Source: the human T2T-CHM13v2.0 reference genome, Homo sapiens
Reading direction: 5' to 3' (one strand)
NCBI RefSeq assembly: GCF_009914755.1
Contig: NC_060928.1
DNA length: 64,000 nucleotides
Shown here in pieces: positions 28,029-42,740 of this stretch (position 1 is the first letter of the stretch; each line of letters starts with the position of its first letter). A model generated the notes under the pieces. That model worked only from the letters and a program-made list of their open reading frames with translations, had not been told where the DNA came from and searched no databases. A program made the translations under genes and the position numbers.

Positions 28029-28200
28029 GGCCAGGTGGTGTGGCTCAAGAATGTAATCTCAGGATTTTAAGAGGCTGAGGCGGGTAGATCACTTGAGCCT
28101 AGGAATTTGAGGCAGCAGTGAAGTATGATTGTGTCACTGCACTCCAGCCAGGGCAACAAAGCAAGACCCTCATCTCTAAAAAAAAGAACAAAAAAAGAAA
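28029..28200 (+). mobile_element. Alu monomer (FRAM-like)
   Basis: Single arm GGCCAGG...TTGAGCCTAGGAATTTGAGGCAGCAGTGA...CACTCCAGCC...A-tail. Confidence 0.82.
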
Positions 28201-31200
28201 GAATACTGAAGGGAGTTGTGAAAAATTTAATAGTTTCAATTCAAGCAAGCATGCGAATTTACATCTCATGCTTTTTATTTAAAGGAATGGATCTTTTTGT
28301 TTAACCTGTGTCAGGTAGCAGCACTGGAACACGAAGCTGATTGGTTACAGATCTGGTTCTGTAGTATCATGAGAGCCAGCTAGCTCTTCCCTCGGTATCT
28401 CCATTCATAAAGTATGAGGGTTGGACTAGGAAGACCTAAGGGATCATTTTTAGCTCTGGAATTGTATGATTTCTTCTGAATTTAAACTTATTCTATTTCA
28501 ATATTTAAACATCTAATTATCATAGGAGAACACATTCAAGAATGACATTAAGAGGTGACTATGCAAGAGGAAGTTTCCTAACTCTTTTCTCTTTACAAAG
28601 ACATGCTGAGGACATGGACTGTAATGAAGCATTTCCTTTCAAATTAGATTTGAATGTTACATCAGATAATGAAGCTTTTGAAGTTCTAAGAACTCAAAAT
28701 TCCATTCAGTGGTCTGACGTCATGAAAATGGATCCTTAACCAGTCAAAAGAGCTAATTCATTTTGGGAGAAAAAATGAAACAAAAGCATCTACAATTTCT
28801 TAGTCATTATAGTAGCTCTGTGAAACTATTATATAACCAGCTTAAAAACATACTGTTTTGGTATATATTGTGCAAAAAAGATTCTAAGCTTGACAACAAC
28901 AAAGAATAGACTCAGTAACTATTTAGAAATACAGCAATTTGCTTTGTTTCAAGCATAGCTGTTACCAATTACTTCATTCTAGCAGTCATGATAGAGCAAT
29001 ACCATCTGAAGGACCTTGGCATTAACTTTGTTGTGAAATATCAGATAGTCTTTGCATGCTGCAACAGGTTGAGTATTTATTTACCTGTAGCATTAATTTG
29101 ATCTCCAAACAAAATTATATGATATGGGCAGATTACATAGCAATAGAAATGTGTTTATTTAAGTCCAACTAACATAGTTAGCTAGCTAGCTGTGCCATGT
29201 AGGCTAACCTACACAAACATGACGTAAGATACATACTTTAATTTCAGCTGCCTGAGAAATGAAACTTTTCTTCTCAGTGCCTAGAAGAGTAGGCACACAA
29301 ATGTGAAAGCACATAGTAGATGCTTAGCAAACATCTGGTAAATAAACATGCTTTTATGTTATCTTGATAAGCTTAGTGTCTAAAGTGGGAGTTATTAGCA
29401 TTCACCAAAATGGATGAATTTTATTTCTCCATAAGACATGGAATTTATGATAGAATGTGTGTATAACTCTATATGTATACTTAGATGCCACTGATATTTG
29501 TTATATTTCTGGTGTTTTGTTTAGCTGTTTATGGTGGTTGCTCTTGTTTTCTTCAAAAATATTGAAATAGAATTGTCTACTTGTGAGAAGTCCTTTCAGC
29601 CTGATCTTATGAAGTGCTATAAGCTATATTTTACCTCAGTATTGAGGCTCTCCAAAAAATGTATCTTTCAAAACCTCAAAGGAAACTGTATCTTGTGTAG
29701 TTAATGCAATCAGCCACAGCATAAAAGACTTTTCTGAAGACTTGTAAGGGATCCAAACTTCCAATCTCAAGATTCGGCTGAAAGGGGCTAGAAGTAATTA
29801 TCTGATAATATATACTACTATGTTTTCTCCTTTTTGTATCCAAGAAAGTCATTTGAGAGTAAACATAGGGGAAAAGTTGCATTAGCAAGTAATATACAGC
29901 AGAGGTAAAAATCCCAGGAACACCTAGAGAAGGAGCAGGCAGGAGTAAAACTGTTTCTTTCATGGCTTACACATTGTAGGCCAGAAAAAAAAAAAAAAAA
30001 ACAAAAAAAAAAACACTGTACATTTTCATTCAAACTCACATCCACAAAGTCTTCTCTGGATCAACCAAATTAAACTAAATCCACCAGCATGAGAAATTCA
30101 AGGACTGAGCAGAAGAATGTCTCGTCATTAATAATAAATTGGTATATAACCCAGAAGACCCTTCTTTCTTTCTTTTAAGTTCAAGATATGGCTGCTTCCG
30201 AATTCTTGTCCCCATGGAAACAAGATGTGCTTGGTATAACAAGATGACAGAGGGAAACAGCTTCACAGCTGTGGCTACATCACTGGGGCTGGTTTCACTG
30301 TGAAGTTCTTCTGACTGCTACACTATTGGTTCATCTGTGATTCCCCCGTTCTTTCCACAAATCGAGGTCTATGCAACAGTTTGAAGTTGCATTTGAGGAT
30401 GTCTCAAGTTTTTGATATTTGACATCTGTTGGTTGTGTTTCTCTCTATTGCTTTCTTGTCTATTTCATGCATTCTTTAAAAATCTTGTTTAATACATTGC
30501 TAATTTGCTCTTTTGAATGTACATTTTTAGTTTTCTTTGATCTTTATCAAACGCAAGTTTAGTCACTCCAGCTAGATGTTTAAGATCCACAGAGAGAAAA
30601 ACTATTTAAGCCACCTCCAAGATTAGAACAATGCTTAGTATACAATAAACACAATCTATATTGGCTGATGGACAAATGACTCACTTTAGGGCTCTTATTC
30701 TCTGTAATATGTAGTTATACAGGTCAGCAGTCCTCATTTTTAGCCAGCAGAGATTTGGTAATACATTTGGTTCCCTACAGTGGATGACTGTTGATGATCT
30801 TGACTTGCTGTTTGCGCTATTCATGGCTCACAGGTGATGTTAATTAAAGTCGTCCCTAAATGGGCTGTAACATCAATTACTGGCCCAAATCTCACAGCTA
30901 AACTGCAGGTTGGGCATCACCACTATCACTTGGAAACAGTTAACATTGTATGGAGGCTGACACTCTACACACATAGCTACATGGCGATGTGCAAACTTTC
31001 TCAAGAATTCACTTGTCTATTCTATTTTGCTTCTTTGTTTGTGTATCTCAGAAAAGGGCATTGCCACAGCTGCTGGATTACGTAATGGTTCAAAATAACA
31101 GTCTTCAAGGTCATTCAAACACATGGCTATCTCTTTGGACCAGAATAAGAATTCCAACTTTCATTAAAAAGTCATCATAACACCCTGATTTACTCATAAA

Positions 31201-32914
31201 TAGTCCTCGTATGAATTACCTCTTCTCAAAAAGCATACTGAAGATATTTTCTTGCGTTTGTTGTTGTTGTTTGTTTAATTTATGGCATGTCCCATGCTAT
31301 CTTTGAAGTACTCCACTTTCTGGGTCCTTAAGAATGTTGAGATTATTCTCCAGGTATTAAGTTTAGATCTTATTGCTGAAATGAGACCAAGTGAAGTACA
31401 GTAAAATATTTGAAAGTCTGTTTTTTAAAAAAAAATCTAGAGTTTTTTAATAAGACTATTTTGAATATGTTAACAATCCATATCTTAAAATCTTACAGCT
31501 TATTTCATAAAATACAATCCAAGGGCTCCTTGTACTTCCAGATATTGAATTAGTAATCATCAGTTTTTTAGAAATTACTCCTTTTTACTATTCTAAGCTA
31601 TCTTTAACATTTTGAAAATTTAATGAATGAAATTGTGATTTTTAAAAGAACCCAAACAGAGGCACCAGTTTCTCTCATGAGTGAATATATTATTACTCTT
31701 GTACATTTGAAATAAGAGAAGTCCTCTAGTACTGAACATTCTGGCATATATTTCCTAGTACCATCGGTCCTTCTTAGGACATAATTGAGACACTGAGGAA
31801 TTAAGTCCCTCAAGACACAAGGAAGCCACTTCCCACCAGAGGTTCTGACTTTATTGTACTATCCTGTATAATCACATGAATTCATATGGCACCATTACTG
31901 AAGTATAATGAGATCATTAACTCCTAAGCACCCAGTTTATTCTAGACTTTCAAAAATACAGACTGATTTAAGATTAAGAAGCAATTGCAACTATGTATTT
32001 GCAACAAAAGCAGTTATGAGAAGAGAGATGGGGAAAACAAATTGTATTATACTATTTAAGCTCGAATTTCCTTACTCTCACCCCCACCTGGACAAAATGG
32101 CTCTTATAACATCCACTGTCTATTAAAGTTTTTGCTTTTAAAACAAAATTAATATTCCTAAGAAACACAAATATAAAAGGTGATGTCTTTTTTTTTCCAT
32201 TTCAAATATGGATCTGATTTTAAGACCTTATTTTCAAATGGCTCTCTCAGTGCTTTTGTAGGTAAGAGCCAAGAATTAAGAACAACCCTCATCTTGTGTG
32301 TTAGATAATACCACAGAGAGTTTCTCTATCCTCAGCTTTAACTCCTGTCTACTGACTAGACCTATTTAAGTTACCTAACCTGTTTAATGAGCTCCAAAAA
32401 TAAATGTATATTATAGAGAAAACCAAAGGACACCCACTATTTACAGAGAAATGACACGGAGAGGGCATTTCTTCAATATGTGACCTAAATAACCCAAATC
32501 AGATTTAATTCAATATGGGAATCTGGGATTACATCGGAGCTGTTATCTGGGTCTGCCAGTAACTGCAATAACATCTTTAAACAGTAGCACAATCTTGGAT
32601 AGACTCTGTCTAACAAAAATGACTTCTCCACTAGGATAGAAATTAATTCACCATTGCTCTCATTTTTATCACAAGGAGGTAAAATAAATTTTTAAAAATC
32701 AAATGCAGCTTCCTTGGAATGTTACAGCTAATTCTGAATTAAGAAATGAACTAGTTAGTAGTTATGTATTTCTGACAATGCTGAAAACAACATGCTTCTA
32801 ATGATATCATTTCACATACAGACCTAACACATAGGCTGAGATGCACCTGGAAAGGCATCCCATAGAAGCTTCAGATTTTATTATTACAGGTTCATTCTTT
32901 AAAAATTCAAATAG

Positions 32915-33192
<278 letters not shown>

Positions 33193-35674
33193 TCAAATAA
33201 TGCTGCTGAGGAGAATCAACACCTGCCAAGACTCTAATGCAAGTGGGTTTATTTGGGTGATTTTTGACAGATGACACAAGGCAGCAAGAGATAAAGGGTA
33301 ACTTGGAAGATACGCTGAAAGGGGTAGATGGATGGGAAACATGGCCAGAAAGGAGATGTCGGTGATAATTTCATAATAAACATGCTAGCCTAGGGCCGGC
33401 CATGGCTGTTCCTCCCACCTATTGCCACTTGCTGAGGTTCTAGAATGTCCCTGAACCTGGTGATAAGAACAGTGATGAGGGGAAGTAAAGTAAAAAAGAA
33501 GATTGATAACATTTTCTCTTCTGATATTGGACATGGTTAATGCCTATAGTGGATATAAATAATGTAAGATAGTTGATAGCATAAGGTCAAATGTGTCAAG
33601 ATAGCAACAGTCTAAGAGGGGAAATAGTTATACTCCTAAATAGCTTAATGTTGTCCATTTATAATATATATATATTCATTTTTCTGAGAAACAAATATTC
33701 TTGGAGGCTCATTGTATACAATGTCATCCTTTTAGTAATGATGAACACTATGGGGTCCTGAGGTATTCTCAGCTCATAGAAATTTAGCTGGAAGAGCTCA
33801 AATATTTCTAAAAAGCAACAAATTAGGCATTCTTTTGCATCATTTCCCTACTTCAAGATAGAGTTTTCTTGATGTTGAGGGTTGAGTTTATGCTGAATAA
33901 TTTGATTCTTGCAAATTTATTTTTACAGTGCGAGGGATATTTCTGCTGACAATTCAACATTCAAAGGGATGAGTGTATGACGTCTCTAAGAGATGTCATG
34001 GAGTGCATGTAGAAGGGACTTTTTATGGAGGTAAGATGTAGAATAGGACAGTCATGTTTAATTGATGAATTTTGTTATGATTGTCCAGAAGTAAAACAGA
34101 GAACCTGGAAGTGATTTGGGAGGAATATGTTAGTGTCAACACATATGAGACCTTTTCTTTGTCTTCTTTTTAAAAAACTCTTTTTCATTCATGTGTTTCC
34201 TCTTTGTCTTTTTCAGAACTACTTCTCAAATCACTATTCACATCCTGGTAGAAGTCAAGCAATGAAGATGGCACAGAAACACATCCCAAATACTATGATA
34301 CCATAAAGTATACTGTAGCAATGCATTGGCACACCCTCATTTGAACATTTGTCTCAGAAGATTTTGACAGAAGATAAAATTGTCTGGTTTTTATTTCATT
34401 GGTTTCATGAAAATTTATTTCACTGGTTTCATGTCACAGGCCCATGACTGTATAAAGAGTCATAATCTTTACAAACACAACAATGACTCACAGCGACATG
34501 TTGCAAAGCTGTAATCGAAAACACTGATGTTGATTTCAGAGGCCATTAATGGTGTTAAGAAGGCGCTTTTGTTAACCAAATAATTGAATACTCGTAATTA
34601 CTTTTCAGTTCTAGTTCAGTTCTTGACACCAAAACAAGCCATTTTCTTTACATAGTGAATGCAGAACTTGCCAGTAAGAACTTTCATACTAAACTTCTAT
34701 GTAAAACAAAACATGTCAAAATCAGTAACTACTTTAATGGAATGGTAAAGAATTTACTTAAACACAAAGGAATGAAAATATCTCTGCAAATATGTCTATT
34801 GACTTTTCAAATTTGGTGACTTCTTTCGAATTAATTCCCTTACGTCTGTTCCTCATCCACATAAAAATGACAAAAATGAAAGATAATTTTCCAGCCTATA
34901 ATTAAATTTCTCCATTGTTGGTATATGTTTTTTCAAATACATTTTTCAGTTTTCATAATTCATATGAGAATTATTAAAAGGGAGTTAGTTGCCTTTAGGA
35001 CCTTATTTGGAGCCTAATTCTTAAAAATTGTGTAAAAATAATTGTGACTTTTAAGAGACAATTGGAAATTTGAACCTGACCACATTTTTGTGATATTAAG
35101 GAATTTTATTAATTATTTTCTAGGTGGGGGAATGATATGATGATATTCTTAAAATAATGTGTGGATTGTTTATTACATTTCAACATTTTCTTAATCATCA
35201 AACATTTGTTGACCTTCTGCTGTATCTAGAGCTCTGTGATCGGGATGAAGTATGAGATATTAAGCCATTACCAGGTGGTAGTTACTCTACCTCTGTTTGA
35301 AGTTCATGCCCAGCCCATTTGTTGCTTTAAATTTGAGTTCATTCTTGAGCATGTGCCACCAAATTCCAAGCATTTTCAAATGGTGAATTACTTCTTACAA
35401 ACTCAACGGAGTGTATGTTAGCCGATCTGAAGTAACCCACTTGAAGTGATGCGCTGTGTCAACCTTAATATCACCATCAAATGATCCCTAGGGAATGCAA
35501 CATTTGGCTTATTTCATTTTTAACATGTGAATTTAGTTTATATCAAAGTAATATAATACACATAGTTTAAAAAAATCATATAGTATGACAACAACTTGAA
35601 AGAAAAGCAACAGATCCTTGCAGGTTGCTCTTCTTCCTCCCCAAGTACCTGAGCATCTGTCATTGTCCTCCAGC

Positions 35675-36224
35675 ATAAGGCCGTCAGGAGCACACCTATA
35701 ATTGAATAAGCAGGACTCACTACCCATTTCAGTGAGGGAAAACTCACACCACAGAGAATCCTGGGGTGTCTCAGGTGAAGGATGTTAAAAGGGACTTATA
35801 ACAGGATTTGGGCTTTGGTTGGGTGACTCGACGGAAGTTTCCCGCTCTGAATTGGATGCTCTCTAAAAGTGGTTATAATCTGTGATTGGGTATCTCGATA
35901 AGTCTTATCCTTAGAGAGGGCAGACTAGAGTAATGCTAAAGATGCAATTGTTAAGAAGCAGTCCTCATTCGTATTAGCTGAGAGAGGGGAATGTTTCGTA
36001 TTTTGTGGCTTGAACAATGCTCATGTGTTTAGACATGATTGTAGAGTGATTTTCAATTTGTTTTGATCCATCATAGTGCTGATGTCATGTTAATTTTTTT
36101 TTTAATGTTCAACAGAATACTAACACCTAGCTGTGAGTACCAGGACAGCTGGTAGCAACCCCAAGGCTTTGCTGGTAGTGCCAGGCTAGCTCCTGGAAGT
36201 CAGAAGTTGCTTTGTTCTTTCCCA
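35675..36224 (-). mobile_element. ERV LTR (subfamily not assigned) inside an old L1
   Basis: Resembles ERV1-type LTRs (GGGGTGTCTCAG, AGGATTTGGGCTT, ATTGGATGCT, GATTGGGTATCT); recognised by eye. Confidence 0.55.
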
Positions 36225-36451
36225 TGTCTTTTCCCAGAGGCAATCACATTAAACCTTTTAGAAGTTTCTTCTGGCACTTACCTCCAGATTCCTAATAGTT
36301 TTTCTTTGTTTTTAAATGTTTGATTTATTTTTAAATATTTGACTTCCTGCTATAGAAATAAGACTTTTTGCTCTCTTGTATCCACCCTGCTATACACATT
36401 TGCTATGTACATACCTCCTATACTCGTCCTAATAATACACATGTATCAGAA

Positions 36452-36767
<316 letters not shown>

Positions 36768-36799
36768 CACAATTTTTATTTTAAAGTAATTATAAACGT

Positions 36800-39150
36800 C
36801 TTTATTACCGTGGCTGTATAAATATTATTCATAACAGAACTATGCAATACACTATAATTATATATCCTTTTCTTTACAATTTAGTTTTTCCCAGTTTTAA
36901 TAATTGTCTTTTGTTTCTGTTGCTAAATTATCAACAATTCTTTTCCTCAATTCTCTAATAGAATTGTAAAACTTCTCTTAAAATGTTTAAAACATCAGCT
37001 AATTCATGAGTTCCATTTTTTCTGCTTGCAGACAGACTTCTGAAACACTCAGGTGACTGCTGCAGTCTGGAATGGGGGCTTTCTAGGGCCACAGCATTGC
37101 TGTCACCCTGGGACTTCATCTAAAGCATTTGATTTAGCTCTCTCTCTTTTGCTGGATTTTCCATTTCCTGACTCGTATGTCTGCGTTTTTCTTGTGTCAT
37201 TCTGTTTCTTGTGATAGAGTTCATCTGTGAGTAGCTTCCCAAAAATGGGTACACAGGAGATAAGTAGTTTGACATTTGCATACTCGAAATGCCCTTTCTT
37301 TCTCGGCACACCTGAATGATGCTTTGGCATTTGGCATTTGGCAACAGAATCCTGGATTGGAAAGAGGCTTCCCTCAGAATATTGAAATCACAACTCATTA
37401 TTTGCTAGGTCTTAGTGTTGCTGTTGAGAAGTTCAATGCCTTTTGATTTAAATGTGACAGTTTTTTCCCTCTTTGGAGGCTACTGGAATGTTGATCCTTG
37501 GTGTGAATTTGATATGACTGGTTATGATTATTTTTTGTATATACTGTTCTGGGCTCTTTCTGTCTAGAATATCATATACTTTAATTCTGAGAAATATTTC
37601 GATATTATTTCTTTGATAATTTCATTCATTCTACTTTCTCTTTCCAGAACTCATATTAGTGGGACCACTTGGATTTAACCTTTAATTTTCTTAACCTCCA
37701 TTTTACCCCTATTGTCCATCTCTTTGTCTTTTTGTTTGATGTTTTTGGGAATTTACTCAACCGCTTTTTCTTTCCCATATTAAGAAAATTCTATTATCAT
37801 AATTTAATTTCTGTGAGTCCTTTCTCATTGCCAGAATGCTCCCCTTTTAAAGAAAATATTTTCGGCCTGGCTTGGTGGCTCACGCCTGTAATCCCAGCAC
37901 TTTGGGAGGCCGAGGCAGGCTGATCACGAGGTCAGGAGTTCAAGACCATCCTGGCTAACACAGTGAAACCCCGTCTCTACTAAAAATACAAAAAATTAGC
38001 CGGGCGTGGTGGCAGGCGCCTGTAGTCCCAGCTACTCAGGAGGCTGAGGCAGGAGAATGGCATGAACCTGGGAGACGGAGGTTGCAGTGAGCTGAGATTG
38101 CAACACTGCTCTCCAGCCTGGGCAACAGAGTGAGACTCTGTCTCAAAAAAAAAAAAAGAAAATATTTTCTTGTCTTGTGAGTGCATTATTTCTTCTTATC
38201 CTAGACTCTGAACATGCTAATTATAGATTGATTTGATATTTTCCTCTTCCCTGTGTTTGTTCTCTTGTTTTTTTTCCCAAGTTCTTTATTTTTGTTTGTT
38301 TACTTTAGTCTCTAGCTTTATATTAGAGGCTTTTTCAAATGCCTGACCTCGTTGGTTGTTATTCCACTTAAAGTGAGGCATGAAGAGCCTAGTTTGGAAG
38401 CTTTATATGATGCAGAGCTTCACTGTGGATGATCTGGCGGGGGCAGACCAGGCTTGTGGGGTTGGAAATAGGGAGAGGGACACTGAAAGTTTCACTATCA
38501 GTAGGTTTTTCTCATGGAGTGTTCAGTTACTCCATGGAGGAAACTTTCCATTTTCTGCCTGGAAGGTTATGCTTCCCAGCTCGTGTTCTTGGAGTTGAGC
38601 AGAAGAATAGAGCAGCACCTCATAATAGAATTTCACTTAACCCTCATGGTCAGCATAGCACCCCCTCCAGTTCTCTGCTCTGCTGAGTGTTGCTGCCACG
38701 ATTTATTCATAGAGAAAGTCTCTAGCTTCTGATGTGTGGGAGAGAGATTGTTGCCTGGTTCTTTGGGGCAGAAGCGAGGTATCTGGGAATCTACCTGCTC
38801 TCCAAACAGAGTTTCAGCAAAAACACCTGTTTACAGCCCTAAGTTCATCTTTACTTTCAGAGGTCCTAACTTTCTCTTATTCCGGGAACTTCTGAGATTC
38901 TGTGACAAGAACTCACCTGTTTTCCACTGTCTGGGTGCCTAGGTTTCAGCCCTGTTTGATTATTTGCTACTTGCCCATCTGCTTTTAGTCTTCCAGGAGT
39001 TTGTTGACGTCTTTTGTCTATCATTTTATTGCCCATTCTCTTTATCTTTTGGGATTTATATATTGTTTTATCCTTTTCAGGGCATCTCACTAGAAATCAG
39101 AGATGGAATATATATCTAGTCTACTTTGTTTAATCAGAAGTGCTAGCTTT
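36800..39150 (-). mobile_element. Old L1M (ME/M5-like) ORF1/5' region, interrupted by an Alu
   Basis: T-rich antisense L1 motifs (GAATCCTGGATTGGAAAG, TTGCTGTTGAGAAGTTCAATGCC, TTAATTCTGAGAAATATTTC). Confidence 0.65.
37864..38157 (+). mobile_element. AluY/Sc-like element
   Basis: GATCACGAGGTCAGGAG, CCATCCTGGCTAACAC, GAGAATGGCATGAACC; TSD AAAGAAAATATTTTC at 37849-37863 and 38155-38169. Confidence 0.95.
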
Positions 39151-40369
39151 GATTTTTACCATGTGGTCTTTGAAAACATTTTCAAATTGGTAAGTACATT
39201 AAAAATTTGAATATATAATTTATATTTTACTAGTCCAAAAGTTACTAAAGAAAACAAAAACAAAACAAAAAGAAAATTTCTTTTCCTTCTCCATCCACTC
39301 ATCATCCAAATGCATGAGTTTATCTTAAACAGGGAAAAGATGACCAGACATTGAATATGAATGTTCAAAAGGGGAAAAATTATTCTGGACTGTAAGTACC
39401 AAAGTCTCTGATGTAGGCAACTACAGAAATTCAATGAAAATAAAATCACATTATAGAACTAATAACATTGGCTCATAATACTTCAGGCATACATAACTCT
39501 TTTGCTTACATCTAACCTACCCACCACTACCCACTATAAATGCCATGAAAAATAGCAGTCTTCATTATGCTTTAAAACTTTATTGTCTTCACAACCTTTG
39601 CAATTAATAGCCTGTCATTAATAGCCTGTCCAATCAACTGCATATTTTTATTTCTTTAGGTACTAAACAAAGAACTATCCTACTATTTGAATTTTATCTC
39701 TAATCCACTCTGATACTTTTAATGTTAAGAAAAACTGTTGTCTTTTTGACCACATAATGGTATGAATTCAAGACTGCATACTAACGTCAATGGAAGCACT
39801 GAATTTTCAGTAAGAAAGTAAAAGGAGTCATAATAACTAGTAGCAACAATGAAGATGACAATCAAATGTTAAAATCATCCAGATGAATTTCTGCAGTGAA
39901 CTTCTGTAGGTGTCTTGACTGCAAATGTCTGTTCTTTCTGTGGTTAGTGACATCAATTAATGGAAAATAAGGTGCAGGAACATGCTGATGCGTGTTTTAA
40001 CAAGTAAATGCAGTGTGGCCTGTGGTAGGTCTCACTTTGCAAATATTATATGTTCTTAAGAAGCCAAACAGAGAACAAGTTTAAACTTGAGGATAGCAAA
40101 TGTGAATGAAACAAAGAGAATGTCTGGGTTTGTTTTTTTCTTCCTGAGAAAGGATTTTCCCACATATCTAGAAATAAATGTAGACTGCTCAAATGATCAA
40201 GCAGTATTTCATTATCAGTTTTATTCAATACTTAAAATGTGCATGGTAAATTCTCCATTGATCTCTTCTACTTCCAGGGATTCATTTACCACTTATTTAC
40301 TGGTAACATTCAAATATGCCAATATTATTCTAATTTTTAAACTTAAAACACATTCTAAGGAATTTTTCT

Positions 40370-41230
40370 GAGTTACCTCAAACTCAACAAATCTAAAATT
40401 AAATTATCTACCCATCGAGCCCAAAATCCCACTTAAATTCCTTAATAGTCTTATAGTCTATGTAATCACCTAAATTAAATATTTCAGTCATATTCTAATA
40501 CTAAGCATAGTTCTTATACTAGTGGTCAATAAATATTTCTCAAATAAATGAATGCATTTTCAATACTTTCTATTCCTCTCCCTATAATCTGATGGTTTGG
40601 TAAGTTTAGTAAGTTCTATCCACTGTACTTCAAATCCCCTCTCACGCCATCCCCTTCTCTCATCTGCTCTGTTGCTGTTTTATACAGACCTTCGAGCCTC
40701 CTAACTCTTATATCTCTGTCATCTAATACATCTGCATCTCTACAGCACAGATTTCATCACATTGCAGTCTGATTCAAATATATTCAATTTCTGTCTTATC
40801 TGTAAACCAAAATTCTAATTTCTTCTCCTCACTATCTACAATTACTGAACTCTTCATTTGTCACCTCTGACTCGTTAACTGAACCTTCCTCCAAAGCCAT
40901 ACTTTTACATTTTTGATCCTACTGTGTAATCTCATGCCTCCGTGACTTTGATCATATTATTTCCTATGCTGGAATATTTTTTTTCTTTTACTCCATAGCC
41001 TGCTTATCCTTTAGTTTCTAATTCAAACATTTTCCAGGCCTCTAAGCAGAATTATTTTTTTAACTCCTCAAAGCTTTTATGATACTTTTTCTTTATACTT
41101 CTGCTCTAGCTCTCAACACAGACTAAGCTTTATTTCAATAATCTGTTCATGCATCTGTCTCTTGAAATCCTAAAAAGGCCTGACCTCCAGCACTTAGTTC
41201 CTGTCCCACAGTAAATGCTATAGGAAGTTT
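40370..41230 (+). mobile_element. L2 LINE fragments
   Basis: CCTCAAACTCAACAAATCTAAAATTAAATT, ATCTCATGCCTCCGTGACTTTG and CTCCAGCACTTAG..CAGTAAATGCT. Confidence 0.65.
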
Positions 41231-42479
41231 TCAAAATTAGCATTGAATTAAAGCCATGTGTACATTATTATTGAGAATGACACATCCATTTAAGGAGTAA
41301 GAAAAGAAAATAGAATTGAATGAGTGAGTCTTTAGTTTGAGAAGATTTAAATGATCCAATCCATGAAGTGATATGAACTCATACTGCGAAAAAGGTCCCC
41401 TTTTCAGTGAACAGAAGTTAACTGAAAAATAAGACACTTAGTGGTGAAGGAGCCCCTCTCCACTCTGCAGCCACCAGTACTCAATACTGCTCCTTTCCTT
41501 CAGGGTCTTTGACAGTCTTTAGGGCAGTGGCAGTCATTCTTCATTATTTATTCTCTGGGCTTGTTTTTCCCATCTTGTCTTCCAGGTGCCCTGAGTGTAG
41601 CTCTTAGAACTCCAGGGCTTAAGATGAGATAATGTGTTGCCTGTGGGAGGGAAGCACTCCGGCTTCCACTTGAAAAGCTTTCATTTTGTTCCAGTACCCG
41701 AGGGAACATGAGCCTCTCTGGAATGTACTTGCTGCCCTCTTCCTTTGGCTTAGGTGTGTGTTCTCTCTGAGCAGTGGGATTGGAGAGAGGGAGGCAGACT
41801 GTTCTGGTTTCCTCCAAATACCCGCAAGTGCTGCATTGCATAGCCCCATATATGATGCGCTGGCAGGCAGATGGGCAGCAGTGGGGAGAGCTTGTTGTAT
41901 CTGAATTTTAATTACATATGGTAAAGAATCCTTGCTAGTTTAGAGAAAGCTACTCTTCAGGTTTACTTTCTTTCAGTGAAGGGGCATTTTATCCAATTAG
42001 AGGGAAATTATCAGAGGCCAAGTTCTTATCTCAGTCTCTGCAGATTTACCACATAAGAAGATGCTAATTATAACTTCCTAACCAATGCAATAGGCTCTGC
42101 TCCAGTAGAGGAATCTTTTTAAACTCTTGGTTATAAAAATACTATACATATACACATTAATTAGAGTGAATTGTCAAGACCCCATGTGTAAACATATCCA
42201 GCTTCAACATTTATTAATTCTTACAGCAAATTTTATACCTCTACCCACCCCTATGCTCCCTGATTATTTAGAAGCAAAATCAGACATCACATTATTTCAT
42301 TCATAAATATTTTTAAGTTTACAGGAATCCTGCCAGCAATATTGTTCATACAGTTTACCTTTGATTAATAAACTTCTTACCCTACCTGGAATCTGTATTT
42401 TGTTGCCTCAAAACTTGAAAAGTATTTGGTACTTCCACAGTATATTGAATTTGTAAAACTTACACAGAGAGTTGGATCA

Positions 42480-42740
42480 TGTGAGTCAGCTCTACCCCAG
42501 TGATTAATGTATTCTGTACACAGTAGCACCCATGGTACAGGAACGCCCCTTCTTCGGTCACCTAGTAACTTTTCACTAGTCAACACCAAACTGAATAACC
42601 ACTATGTTGTGAGAAAGTGCTGGGCTAGCTGACTCGGATCATCTCCTAGAGTTTAGGAGAAATAACAATCACAAAGTTTGAATTTGCAAAACCTTTAGGC
42701 TTTGCTGGCAGGAGAGAAAATACCACTTTTGGATCATAAA
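42480..42740 (+). promoter_or_regulatory. DTHD1: DTHD1 proximal promoter / 5' UTR with RFX X-box
   Basis: GTCACCTAGTAAC (42557-42569) fits GTNRCC-N-RGYAAC; forkhead-like GTCAACA 42579-42585; AP-1 TGAGTCA 42482-42488; no CpG island. Confidence 0.6.

Noticed and set aside
29984-30013. Orphan A-tract as a retrocopy tail (also 4367-4389)
   Set aside because: I found no TSD, adjacent poly-A signal or recognisable upstream mRNA or SINE body.
39603-39630. Perfect 14-bp tandem duplication (similar one at 61620-61647)
   Set aside because: Ordinary slippage duplications with no sign of function.
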